A stretch of DNA of 51,445 nt from Nemertoderma westbladi (taxonomy: Eukaryota; Animalia; Xenacoelomorpha): the NCBI GenBank assembly GCA_032718475.1, contig JAUCBJ010005152.1:1-51445 (forward strand), in the 5' to 3' direction. The notes beneath the pieces were generated by a model, which saw only the letters and a list, made by a program, of their open reading frames with translations, did no database searches and was not told the DNA's origin. Within the stretch, counting starts at the first letter, position 1, and each line of letters opens with the position of its first letter. Positions 9,591 to 21,585 of this stretch are shown piece by piece. The position numbers were made by a program, and so were the translations under genes.

Positions 9591-12500
9591 TCACGTTGGG
9601 GAGACCCTGGATGTTGGTCGGATTTGGGAGGTGGTCGTGGGAAGAGTATCTTGCATTCCATAGTTTCCGGAGAGTTCTCTGTCTCTTTCCAGTAAACATA
9701 AACGACCAACTGGGCGATTGAGCTGCTGCGTCTCGAAGACAATTCCCAGTTTCTTAAAGATACGTCGCATGACGACGAGTTCTACCGATCGCACCAAACC
9801 GTCATCTGAGATATGAGTCTCGATGATACGACCTGTCTGCCACCGCTTACGTGGAAGATCTGACTCCACAATAAGGACCATGTCTCCTGCGCTGACGTTT
9901 TCTTGCTGCGCAAACCACTTAGTTCGAAGTTGTAGCGTAGGCAGATAATGTTTTTCGAAATGGTCAGCGAAACGACGGGATAACAACTGCATAAGTTGCC
10001 AAGTTTGCCGGCAGTATTCGTCCCCGTCCGTGATTTCCGATCGTGGGAGCATGGCTACAGGTTTCTTCAGTAGGAAGTGCGCGGGTATTAGCGCTTCCAG
10101 GGAATCGGGACTCGATGAGACTGGCATAAGCGGTCTCTCGTTGAGATAGGCGGCGATTTCCTCCATTAACTTCCGCAAAAGTTCGTCGGTGAGATACGCG
10201 CGGCACGGCACTATAAAGTGAAATGCGGTCTTCACGCTCCTGATTAATCTCTCCCAACTTCCTCCCCACCAAGGGGCGTCGGCGGCGTTGAAGGTCCAGC
10301 TAGACGCTGTTACCCTTAGCTGATCGTCCACCTGTCTTTGGTTCCAATCTTTGACGTAAGCCTTGATTTCATTGTTGGCACCAATGAAGTTCGTTCCCTT
10401 ATCAGATCTCATCGTGTTACTAGTTCCAAAGCGAGCGATCTGTCGGCGTAAGCTCAGTATGAAGCTGTTGGTAGATAGATCATTCACCATATCGAGATGG
10501 ATAGCTCTACAAGTCATACAGACAAAGATGAGACACCATCTCTTGACTATAGTCCTAGCACGATATACTTCAATAGGGCCAAATAAATCCACACCGGTAT
10601 TTGTGAAGGGTGGTTCATAGAAGCTTACTCGTTCCCTAGGTAATTCTGCCTCTCGCTGTGTTAAAGGCCTACTGAATGCTTTCCTACAGGGTATGCAGTT
10701 CCTAAGAACTTGGTTCAGAGCTCTACGGGGTTTATGAAAATAATAGCGAGTTCGAATTTCGCTAAGAACTCATTCTCTACCAGCATGATAAAGCTTACTG
10801 TGAACATCTACAATCATCTTGATTTGTATTTCAAGATTTCTAATGAGTATGGGAAACTTAGTGTCAAAGGATAATGGAGCATTAGTTAGTATTCCTCCAA
10901 CGCGTATTAACCCATCTATCATTGTGCTAGAGAAACGATCCCTTAAGCGCATCTGTGGATTTCTCAACAACAGGAAATATTTATCAGAATCCTCATAGCA
11001 TTGCAGGAGTCTCAGTATCTGCTTATTGGTTTCTTCATGCTCCTGGTAACTGATCTTCTCCTTCAGAAATCTGTCTGATATCTTGTATTTGGGAAGATAT
11101 TTAACAACATGTACCTGCGCAGATGTCAGTGGAGCGGTATCACTAGTGGTCTTCGTCCTGGCGTAGTGATGATGAAAACATCGCTTTAAATATGTAACGG
11201 CCTTACAGAGCCGATTCCAGGAACTATAGTGATGTATCGCTCTCTGCAGGAGGGGTGAGAGTCCCTGCGAGACGTCTGGTGTTCCAGATTTCCAATCTCT
11301 CTCTCTGATTTCCACAACAGACTTATTTGTGGCTGGGGTTTTTGGATCCAAAGCGTCGTCTCCGGAAGTGTGTAGTACAGACAGATCTATCACGGGTTTA
11401 AATAACTTCGATTTACTCGCTCGGGTTTTAGGTTTGACTTTCTCCGCTCCCTTGGCTTGTCTAATCTCTGCCGTGGTAAGATGAGGAGGCCATTCATCCT
11501 CTTCTTTGCTTAGGAAGTCGGGTCCACCTAACCAATCTGGAGTATCTAAACTCCGAGCAATCAATATAACTGGGCTAATAAATCCCAATGGATCGAAATA
11601 AGTGCTCAGGATACTTAGACAAATCCATTTAGTCCGAACTGGATTATCTCGCTGTTTTAGCTGGAAAAACAGGATATCTCTCTCTGTGTCCCATTTCAAA
11701 CCAAGCGTCTTGGTTTCTGGAAGATCGTCCTTGATTAGGTCTAGATCTTTAACTCCTCGGTCTTCTACCGGGATCGATTCCAGAAACTCACGGGAGTTGC
11801 TGGTGAATTTAGTTAATCGAAATCCACCTCTTTTCAAGCACTCTACCGTTCCTTTGGCAACATCAATGGCTTCTTCCACCGATGGGAGGGACTATAAATT
11901 GAAGTCCATGTATATATCCCATTTGATGTTGTCGATAACCTCTTTGGAGAAGGCGTCCCGGTTGTCATCAGCAGTGGTACGCACTACTGAGCAGGCGTTT
12001 GAAGGGCTCGAGATGATCCCAAAAGCCTGGATGGTCATCCAGTACTCCACCGGTTTCTGGTTGAGGTCTCCTTCAGGCCACCACAGAAATCGTAGGCTGT
12101 CTCGATCCCTATCCACCGCCTTAACTTGTAAGAGCATGCCTTCTATATCGGAGGCGAAAGCGATCGAATATTGTCGTAATCTTAAGAGTATTCCCAACAA
12201 GGATTGGAGTAAGTTGGGTCCCGGCAACAACTCGGAGTTAAGGGATTGGCCCATGTAGAGGGCGGAGCCGTCAAATACTACCCGGACTTCGTTGGGTTTA
12301 CCGGGTTTGGGAACGTAATGATGTGTTAGATAGTACGTTCTCTCAGTTATGGGTGTTTCTTCCGGTACTCGCTCCGCATATCCCTTGTCAATGAATTTCT
12401 TCAACTGGGTCTTGTACATCTCCTTAGCTGAAGCATTTGCCATAAGGCGTTTATGTAGTTGCGCAATTCTCTTCTCCGCCAAGAGTCGGTTGTTTATAAA

Positions 12501-15500
12501 ATTGGGTTCTCGCCGTCGGAAAGGCAGACCAATCTCATATCTACCTTGATCTTTAAGAAAACGTGTAGTTGTTTCCTGTATCTGCTTGGCTCTTTCTTCT
12601 TCTACCGATAGGGCCTTATCGTAGGAATTGGGCTCTACAGCCTCTTGAGTAAAGAATCGTACGGCGTGTTCATCACGAGTCTTCGCGTTGTAGCGATCTA
12701 TCACTTCATTCAGTTCGTCGTTGTAATCGACTTGTCCCGCTGGATGAATGAGGTGACATAAGTTCACTTGGTTTTGCCAAGTTTCATTTTCCGTAAGGAG
12801 GTCGATGGTATTCTCCTCATCGAATAGTTGGTGGATATCGTCATTATCTGAGGAGTATGGTGTTCCCTCAGGTGGGTTGTCTCCCTCACTGGTCTCCTCT
12901 TCCCCTGGTAGACTCGTTCTTTGGGTAGCCTTTCCATGAAAGTTCTATGGGAAGGTCCAGTAAAGTACCAACCTACTCTAGTTCTTCCCGCATAGGTTTG
13001 TAATGGTTGCGGTTGAGCAGGCCGTTTCTCCAATGTCTCAAGCGCCTCATGCGCATTTTGGCCGATGAGTATTTGTACTCCAGTGTAGTCTGTGTTGAAT
13101 CTAGGTATCTTATGCTGTTGGGTGAAATCGTCCTCATCCCAGTTATAAGGTTCCACTTGGCTGGTAGCGAAGTTCTTTATCGCCACCATTTTTACTGACC
13201 TTATGCTGTGTTCTCCTAGTTCATCCTGGGGGGTGGACAACGCGCCTACATAGTAATCTGTAGTTACTGTAGATTTCCAAACCTGCATAATTCCTGAAAG
13301 GTTCAACTTAGTTCGGAACTTGGGTTGTCCAGCAAAGATGTCTTCGGCTAGTTCTTTGTCGATGAATGCTCCTGTGCTGCCGGAGTCAAGGAGGGCGTTC
13401 ACTATATAGCTCTTTTCTGACCCGTGGACTCTCAACTGCACTACGGGAAATTCTCGGATTCCTACGTTGGAAGTTGGTGCTTTCCAAGATGGTTGTCAGT
13501 CAGGAATAGTTAGGGGGAGCTCACTATCGGTTTCCTTCTCATACGTAAGTGCTCGATACACTGCGGTATTTATTAGGTAACAGGATTCGTTTTCGTCGGA
13601 GAATTCATCCGTATAGAATCCTTCCATCTCAGAACTTTGGTCAGTGTCGTTCACATCACTGAATTGGACATGTAGTTCGGACTCACTTACCTGACTCGGG
13701 CTGTTTCTTTCGAATTCAGTGTGCCTCAAGATATGATGTTTCGCGCCGCACTTAGCACACCTTGCTTCGGAGTAACAGGTTCGCAGTTAGTGTCCTTGTC
13801 TGAGGCAATTATAACACAACCGCTTATTCCACATGACTTCACGTCTATCTATTAGGGATTTCTTTAGGAATTCATCACACACACTTAAACAGTGGGGCCC
13901 GTCGCACAGCACACATTTTGGTTTGATGTTACTTACCTTACCTTGGGTAACGTTGTGCACACTCGTTCTTTCCTCGGGCTTTCTTCCATGAACTCTCTTA
14001 GGAGACGTAGGAAGAGTTTTTCTTACCTGTTCTCTCATGTCACTGGTTCGAGACTTGAATTTACTTACGTCTTTAGGCGCTTTGTTGACATAGTAAGATC
14101 TTTCAGTGTCTTTCCCGCTGTCCTCCTCTTGGGAGGCCTGGCTTTCGCCGTCATCTGTATAACACGCTGGTGTTACCTTTCTCCTAGAAACGGTTTTCTC
14201 ACTTACCTTATTTTCCGGCGTCTTCTCTCTGGACTGCTTTAGGAGCTGTAATTTTACCTCTCCATCTAAGAATGACATGAGATCAGCCATGGTAGGGTCT
14301 CTCCGTTGTTGTTCCATCATATATAACACTTTCTTGTCCCAGCGTGTACCTACTCCACCCTTTGGTAAAGTAGATGCTACGGCTCCAATATCCATAGAAC
14401 TCTGATATTCATGAGACTTACCTAGCCAATCTAATTGTCTACAGATCTCCTGAATCTCATCGGAAAACTCTATAATCCCGCTGCTAATGAACTTTCGGGG
14501 CGCTACCAATTTTGCATACAAATACCTAGCTATGTTATTCCTATTACCATACCTGATGTTTAGTGTATTCCAAACTTGTCTTAATCCATCTGGATGTCCA
14601 ATAAACTTTAACGCCATTAACTTGGGAGGTCCTTCCAAACACTCGATGAGGAATCTATGTTTCTCTCCATTAGATAGTACAGAGTTCTGTATGTTATCTT
14701 TGTAATATTCATTAAAAGGTAACCATTTCATCTCATCTCCATTGAACTTGACGATCTCTCCCACCTTTACCGCTTGACGGGCTTCGGTTCTAGCCATTTG
14801 ACGCGTAAAACTTTCTTGGGCCATCGTATTATTTAATATCGAGTTATCGGTATATAAATTTCTCGGATTATTATCAGGTCTATATGGAATATCATTGTCA
14901 ACAGGTTTATAATTACCTTTAATAGGGTTTACTATAGTAGTTTCTACTTCACTAGCAGTATAGATGCGTGTAGGCTCCACACCTTGCGCATGAAATACTT
15001 CAGACCTAACAGGTTGACACATTGTTACAGGGGGTGTTGGTATACCCTTTTTTAGATTTACTAACTTATCGCGTTCTAACGTGATACTCTGCTGCACTTC
15101 CTGCAATTCTAACCTACTCTCTCTTACTGTTCCCCTTAACTGTTGAACAGTCCCCTCCAACTCTCGGACCTGCTGGGAGGAGCGTGCCTGATTCTAATCC
15201 ATCTGCCTGAGGAGAATATCCATCCCCCGCCATCGTTCATCCACCCACTCGACCGCCGAAGCGGGAGCCGCCAACATAGTAGCGGGTAGACGAGGGACGA
15301 CGGGTGACAAATTGTTAATGTCTCGCTCGGCGTCCAGGACCGGAGTTGACTGAGGAACTGTCCCACTGGATACAGGTAGTTTAGTACTGTGCAAAGGGAA
15401 TTTAGAGTTAGGTTCTGGAAGTACAGGGGTCTCTATCACAGAAGGGGTGGCTTCGAGAACAGGCCTAATTATTTCAGGCTCATCTACTATAGTAGGGAGT

Positions 15501-17209
15501 CTTTCTACTCTAATAATTTGGTCTGTGGGTTCTGTACTACCTAAGTCTGTGCTAGCTAGTTGCCTTCTCACAGCTGGGGGCAAATTAGGCAATTTCTGAC
15601 GGTGGGGCGTTCTTCTATGCCTACTGGAACGAGATCTATTTCCTCCGCCTTCAGGATCTGTTGTATCGCCTTCATCAGATGATGTAAATCCCTGTCTTTT
15701 GGGAGTAGATCGACTTATCATCTGCCACTGACTAGCTGTTCTCTGTTTATCTATGTAGTCTTGCTTCTCTTGAAGATTTTCCAACTCTAGTTGGGTGGTC
15801 TCTTCAGACGCCCTCCGTTCTGCTTCTGCCACTGCTACCTTTCTTTCCGCTTCGGCCGCTTTTCTTTCCGCTTCGGCCGCTGCCATTACCGCTTTTCTTT
15901 CCACTTCGGCCGCTTTTCTTTCCACTTCGGCCGCTTTTCTTTCCGCTTCTGCCGCTGCCATTGCCGCTTTCCTTTCCACTTCTGCTGCCTTTCTTTCCGC
16001 TTCTGCCTCTGCCGCTGCCGCTGCTGCTGTCTTTCTGTCTTCTATACATTTTTTCTTTACTTGTTCTTCTTGAACCCTAGCGATACGGCTGCTTTCATCA
16101 AATTTAGCTTGGTTCGCAGCTAACATTTCCGCATCTATTGCGTCCAACACAAACTTGGCTCCTTCACTATTAGGACGAAGTCCAGCCAGCTGTCTCCTCA
16201 ACTCTTCGTCACCTAGAAATCGTTGATAGTCTGACAGATAGATGTCAATAGCGTCCTTCTTCTGAGGTTTCTCTGCTGTCACTTCGCTTTCCACTTGAGA
16301 AAAGGTAGCGTCTGTTGATTCTCCGTGGGTTGAGCGCTCAGCCAGCTGAAATTTCCATTGGGTCGTTCCTTGAACCTTGAGACTCACCCGTTGGAACCAA
16401 GTCTTGACGGCAACTTGCAACGATGTGTCTTGGGTTCTCTTTGAAGCTTCCTCAAAGGCTGATAGGAGTAGTCTGATTCTTAGGATTCTTACTCGAACTT
16501 GATAAAGCAGCTCTCCCTGCTCTTGAGGTCCTTGATGTTGATGAAACAGTTGTTCCTCTAATCGCTCCAAAGAGCTGAAGAATCCCTGTACATATCCTGC
16601 TGCCGACCTCTTCCACACAGCTGGATCACTAGTGTCTTTTGTCACTCCCATCCTGTATAAGTCCTCCCAGGCAGCTTCCGATAAGTTAAACGGGAGTCCG
16701 GGTCCGGGGAAGTTCCATTGCGTCTCGACAATAGACTTCAGTTCCTCCCTTGTGTATCCCGCATAACTGTCCTTGGTCGATCGCTTACTTCTCGCCCAAT
16801 CGATTTGGTGTTCCTCCACCGCAATCAATACCCTAGTGAGTACGGCTGCAGGAAGAATGAGATGGGGATCCGAATAAACCGCATCTGCCATCTTTGCTCC
16901 GCGTTCGGGTGTCAGCTCTACAGTATTTGAACTACTGGAGCTATCGGGCCGCTGAGAAATAAGTTCTCGGCTCGGGTATTGCTGCTGTTTAACAGCTGCT
17001 TCTTGGTCTCGCTTGACTTGAGCCCGAGTGCCTATGATAGACCTACGGTGTTTGACTAGCCTAGGGTCTGATACTACTACTGGAGGGATGACCTTTCTTA
17101 CAGTAGGAGGGGAGTTGAACTTCGGTCTCAAACGTTCCGCACTCCTATCTGGGTCACAGATGGTTGTATCTAGGAGACTGTCTGACAGGTTTTGCTTTAG
17201 GTCAGACAT
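9591..17209 (-). pseudogene. gag-pol: Bel/Pao gag-pol polyprotein, disrupted (5 in-frame stops, 1 frameshift, RNase H region deleted)
   Basis: ATG at 17209; in-frame stops at 15194, 13787, 13496, 11892 and 10770; frameshift near 12770-12850. Gag knuckles CVLCDGPHCLSVC, CYNCLRQGH*LRTC, CAKCGAKHHILRH; protease LLDSGST; RT RVVFDGS, LLPGPNL, SDIEGMLLQV, FGIISSP, with YMDF in place of YxDD; integrase H-H-CIPC, GVDLFGP, RSDKGTNF, WERLIRSVK. Confidence 0.93.
15815..16030 (-). repeat. Coding tandem repeat (21-nt core) in gag giving (AAEAERK/AAEVERK)n
   Basis: Repeated GCTTTTCTTTCC(G/A)CTTCGGCC on plus; reading frame preserved throughout; Ala/Glu/Arg/Lys-rich helical pattern. Confidence 0.85.
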
Positions 17210-17339
17210 GTTTGTTTGTACAGTTGTATGCCTACTGCTATAATTACAGTTAAAGCAAGTCTAGTAATTCAGTATCAACTGTTAGCCTAGTAATTAATTA
17301 CCGATATCGTTACTCTATGTAACGTGATATATATACAAT

Positions 17340-17605
17340 ATATTAGAATACCGGTATACACTTATAGTATATATAAGTATTATTACGGATAGGATATTAG
17401 GGATCGTCACAGAATACCGGTATATAATTTCAGCGCAAATATATAGATATATAATAAGCCTAACGTGAATACCGGTATACAGCTTACACTTATAGTATAT
17501 ATAAGTATAATTATAGACTAGAATTAATTACAGAATACCGGTATATATTTTCAGCTTAAATTTATAGAAATAAATATAATAAGCCTATCGTAAATAACGG
17601 TACGT
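17340..17605. repeat. Degenerate tandem repeats in the 5' leader of the Bel/Pao element
   Basis: GAATACCGGTATA recurs at ~60-bp spacing with alternating CACTTATAGTATATATAAGTAT and TTTCAGC..AAAT..ATAATAAGCCTA blocks (~120-bp dimer). Confidence 0.7.
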
Positions 17606-19068
17606 CAATTATTTTTAAAATAATTGAATTTCTGAATTTTAGGGTTACTTAGTTACTTTACTTTACTTTATTACTGTTATTTAAGCAGTAGTCCAACTGA
17701 TATTAAGACCTAATTGTTGTATGACAGGCCTACTATTTTATAAATCGGTTTGAGTTGATTTATAATATATATATACCCGTTTAATGGGTTTTTTGACAAT
17801 ATTTGAAATAAATGTTATTATTTCTGATAAGGTAAGGAGTCACTTCACAGAAGCTGAATGCTCTCAGTGTAGTGCTACTTATTGGACACTAAAACAAATA
17901 ATTCTAATTTACTAAGTTACTTATTACTACAAATTACGTACAATTACGGGGTGAGATTACAATCTCTAAATAAACACAAAAAATTACACGTACAATTTTT
18001 AGGGATAATTTTACAAGAAATCTACAAACCAGCCTAACAAGGAGTTAGAATTTCTGGTTATTACAAACGGACAGGATACTTCGGTATTTGAAAATAATAA
18101 AGCAGTAGTAAATATATTGCGTTGTCTAGATAGGAAAATACCACCGTCTGACGAGTTATAGTCTCTAGCTTTACAGCTCTATAAGTACTACGTTATGTAC
18201 CCGGAGTGTTCCTACCTAGAAGTTAATTACTGCAGCCAACCATAGCTAACGTGCCTATTAACCACTTTACAACACAAATATACTGCCTACACACTAATTA
18301 CCTTCGGAAAGCACTGTACACTAAACCCTAAATTAAGTACAAGTACTTATACAACAAATAACCAGCAGTTAAAAATACTTGTACAGCTAAAAGAACCACG
18401 GTATCTGCCGGAGTGACCAGAGCATAAAATTTACCTACGCCAAACAGCCCTGATGTAGTACCGGGGTTAATTTAACTATATCGGTATGTATAACAAGCAC
18501 AATTACTGTAGGAATAAACTTGGGGTTGTGTATGTTGCGAATAATCGCATAAACTCTGAATAATAAATATTACGCTACCCGTACAGACTACACAAACAAA
18601 ATACAGACCAAACGCTGGCAGACTACTATCAAGCCTAAATAAACCACAGTATATGCAGACTCCGAAATGGTTAGTTAGTATGCATTCTAACCGAGTAGTA
18701 CGACTTATTCTTTCGGGGGGGGGGGGGGGATTTACCTTACAGCACTGGATGCCCCCATGTTCCTAACTAGTACTTTATCGGACATACACTCTACACACAC
18801 TGCAATCTCTTCAGACTTAACAACAGCCAGACAACAATCCAGCCTACAAATTATTTGTACAATCTGAGCAGGCTTACACGCCTTCTGCTCAATATTAACT
18901 TACAGATAAATAAAACTGACAGAAATAAGTAAAATCCCAATAAAAAACCAGGGCTGCAGTCCCTGATTAAATATCAAGACCTACCGGTATATAATTATCA
19001 CAATCGAATAATACTGATGTACCTGTACTGCGGTAAGTACCGGTTCGGGTGGTTAGGTAGTTAGGCCT

Positions 19069-20318
19069 TGTACGCGCTTTTGAAGACCTTTAGCAGTTTA
19101 ACCTGCCAAAATTTATATGTCTTTTGGTTTATAAATAGACTTTAGAAGTTGACAAATATTTAATACCAATAAACACAACATTAGCAGAAGCCAGCCTAGT
19201 GCGCGTCCATTCACCCGCTGGATATACCCGGGAGACTGGATTCTGAGGGCTTAGATTATTATTGCAGTGTAAGCTTACTGTATTATTCGATTGATCGTTA
19301 ATAAATAATTTCTGACTAATATTATTCACTTTCAGGAAATATTAACAGTTCCTTTAGGATGTGGCGCTCTATCTAGGTAAACAGAGATATGACTTATACT
19401 AATCACAACGGTAAGTAGGTAAGGCTTATGATTCACGTATGAGGCGCATTCTTTAGGAAATGCTTAGTTATCAATCACAATCAGGCACACTACCGGTAAC
19501 ACACAATACTGCTCACTAATTTGCCGACCGTCAATGAATTTTATCATATATAAAGAGAACAGCAACGGACTCATGTAGTGCTTATCAAATAGCATTAAAT
19601 TCACTACAAACCACAACAATATAAGTCGCAATCGCTATATATAACCCGTCTCTCTAACCTGTAGTGTATCAAGAAAATTGGGAAATTTGGGTTCTTTATA
19701 AATGTTCTCCAAATAATATTCAACCAACTAATACAAAATATGACAACAGTAAAAAGCATTAAGACGGTAGGTTAAGATATGATATGACAAGATGTGACAA
19801 GACTGCACTGATAACAGTTATACGCTCTATAATTTAAGCCTACTAATGTTTCTTCTAAAGTATGAAACGAATTGACTCTAGAGCCGGTGTTCCTGGCCTA
19901 GATAGCAACAACACAACGGTATCCCAAAAAACAGTAAGACTGAACACTCCTAGTATGTTCGGCCGAATATCTCCACATCGACAGAAAAAATCGCTCTGAT
20001 TGGCTTAAGCTAAACAAAGAACTACGTGTCCAATGGCCGTTTCCATGTCAGCAACCAGCTGTTAGATGTCATAATCTGAATCATCAACTCTAAGCTGTGT
20101 AAAGGTATTTGGTGCATTGCAGGTTTTTTGCCTTACCATGTCCGCCAAAACACGTATATAGAAGAATGACTTTTATGTCCGTTAAAACACCTATAACGGT
20201 ACCTTGCGGGCGAGGGGAATATATATATAGTTAGAGAGTCTTTTAGAGTATTCCAGCGCCTGGGGGAAACTGGATTGCGAAGCAAAAGGGCCAGTTATAT
20301 CCCACAGAAGCTTTTACA
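19069..20318 (-). mobile_element. Solo LTR of a related subfamily nested in the leader of the Bel/Pao element
   Basis: TG...CA ends; own 5-bp TSD GGCCT (19064-19068, 20319-20323); colinear but clearly diverged similarity to the host LTRs (e.g. GACCTTTAGCAGTTTAACCTGCCAA, GAAATATTAACAGTTCCTTTAGGA, AAAATCGCTCTGATTGG). Confidence 0.92.
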
Positions 20319-20382
20319 GGCCTACTGGTTACCGGTCGACCGGTACTTTTGCCTTTATTGCCTACGTTGCAATAAAGAAAGA

Positions 20383-20393
20383 ATAACTGTTAT
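20383..20393 (-). promoter_or_regulatory. Candidate non-tRNA primer-binding site (ATAACAGTTAT)
   Basis: Abuts the 5' LTR; no TGG start; exact reverse complement of minus-strand ATAACTGTTAT inside the LTR (21135-21145). Confidence 0.45.
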
Positions 20394-21585
20394 TGTTCGC
20401 GCTTTTAGACCTTTAGCAGTTTAACCTGCCAATTTTAGGTGTCTTCTAGGTTATAAATCGACTTTAGCCTATAACAAGTATTTGATACACATAAAATTAC
20501 ATTAGCCGAAGCCAGCCTATGCGCGACCATTCACCCACGGTTAAGGGAGACTGGATTCGGATGCTCTGACCTTATTGCGGTGTAGACTTACTGTACTATT
20601 CGATTGATCATTAATATAATATCTGACAAATATTATTCACTTTCGGGAAATATTAACAGTTCCTTTAGGACGTGGTGCTCTAAGTATGTAAACAGAGTTA
20701 TGACTTACACTAAACACAACGGGATGGCTAATGATTTTCGTATAAAGCGCATTCTTTAGGAAATGCTTTGTTATCTATCACATTCAAGCACACTACCGCA
20801 CACTGCTGCACACTGATCTGCTGACCTTCACTAATTTTAGTCATATATAAGGAGAACAGCAACTGACACATGTAGGGTCTATGAAATAGCATTAAATTCA
20901 CTCCAAAACCACTATAATGTAAGTCGCAATTGCTACAGGTAACCGGTCTCTCTAACCTTCAGTATATCAAGAAGATTGGGGTTTTATGATTATTTATCGA
21001 TATTCTCCAAATATAACAACATATCCATCAACTTCTAACAATTAATAACCGACAGTAAATAGCAGTAAAATAATGCGGTGAAAGGTATGTATAGTATGAT
21101 ATGATTTACTGTGATATGTTATGCGATTTGTATGATAACAGTTATACGTTTCTATAATCAAAGCCGTTCTAATGTTTGGCTAAAGTCTGAAACACAGAAT
21201 AATTCCGAAGCCGATGTTCTGGGCTCAGGAAAAAAGGTAAACAAAGACTATAATGCATTGCGCGATCTTCCGTAGGCTTCTGTACAAGATGAAATGAAAA
21301 TCGCTCTGATTGGTCGAGCGAGCCGAACAAAGAAAGCCAAAAAGCTCCACATCGACATATCAGCTGATAGATGTCGTCATCTGAACTACACTGTATTAAG
21401 AGTATTTTGGCGTATTGCGGCATAAAATGGCTTGTTATGTCCGCTAAAGTACACATACAGAAAAATTGCTTTTTATGTCCACTAAAACACCTACACAGTA
21501 AGAAAACGGCTTTTTATGTCCGCTAAAACACCTACAGAGTACTTTGCGGGGAAAATGACTAGCTAGATCCGCAAAAGCCTTTACA
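20394..21585 (-). repeat. 5' LTR of the Bel/Pao element (1192 bp)
   Basis: Near-identical to 2374-3565; upstream of gag on the minus strand; followed by TSD AATGT. Confidence 0.96.

Larger units (their letters stand above)
2374..21585 (-). mobile_element. Full-length Bel/Pao (Belpaoviridae) LTR retrotransposon, decayed, with a large accessory ORF
   Basis: Direct repeats 2374-3565 and 20394-21585 with TG...CA ends; 5-bp TSD AATGT at 2369-2373 and 21586-21590; minus-strand order gag (triple Cys-His)-protease-RT-integrase with Bel/Pao-type motifs (FDPLG.ISP, W..GP.FL, PF..TGVD.FGP, APW.GG.WERL). Confidence 0.96.

Noticed and set aside
4568-15196. Systematic stop-codon readthrough or alternative genetic code (seven single in-frame stops)
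   Set aside because: All three stop types occur, alongside a frameshift, a deletion and a damaged RT motif; this is compatible with ordinary neutral decay given ~1% LTR divergence.
15791-16123. Cys/Phe/Arg-rich and Ser/Ala-rich ORFs in other frames
   Set aside because: Shadow translations of the gag AAEAERK repeat.
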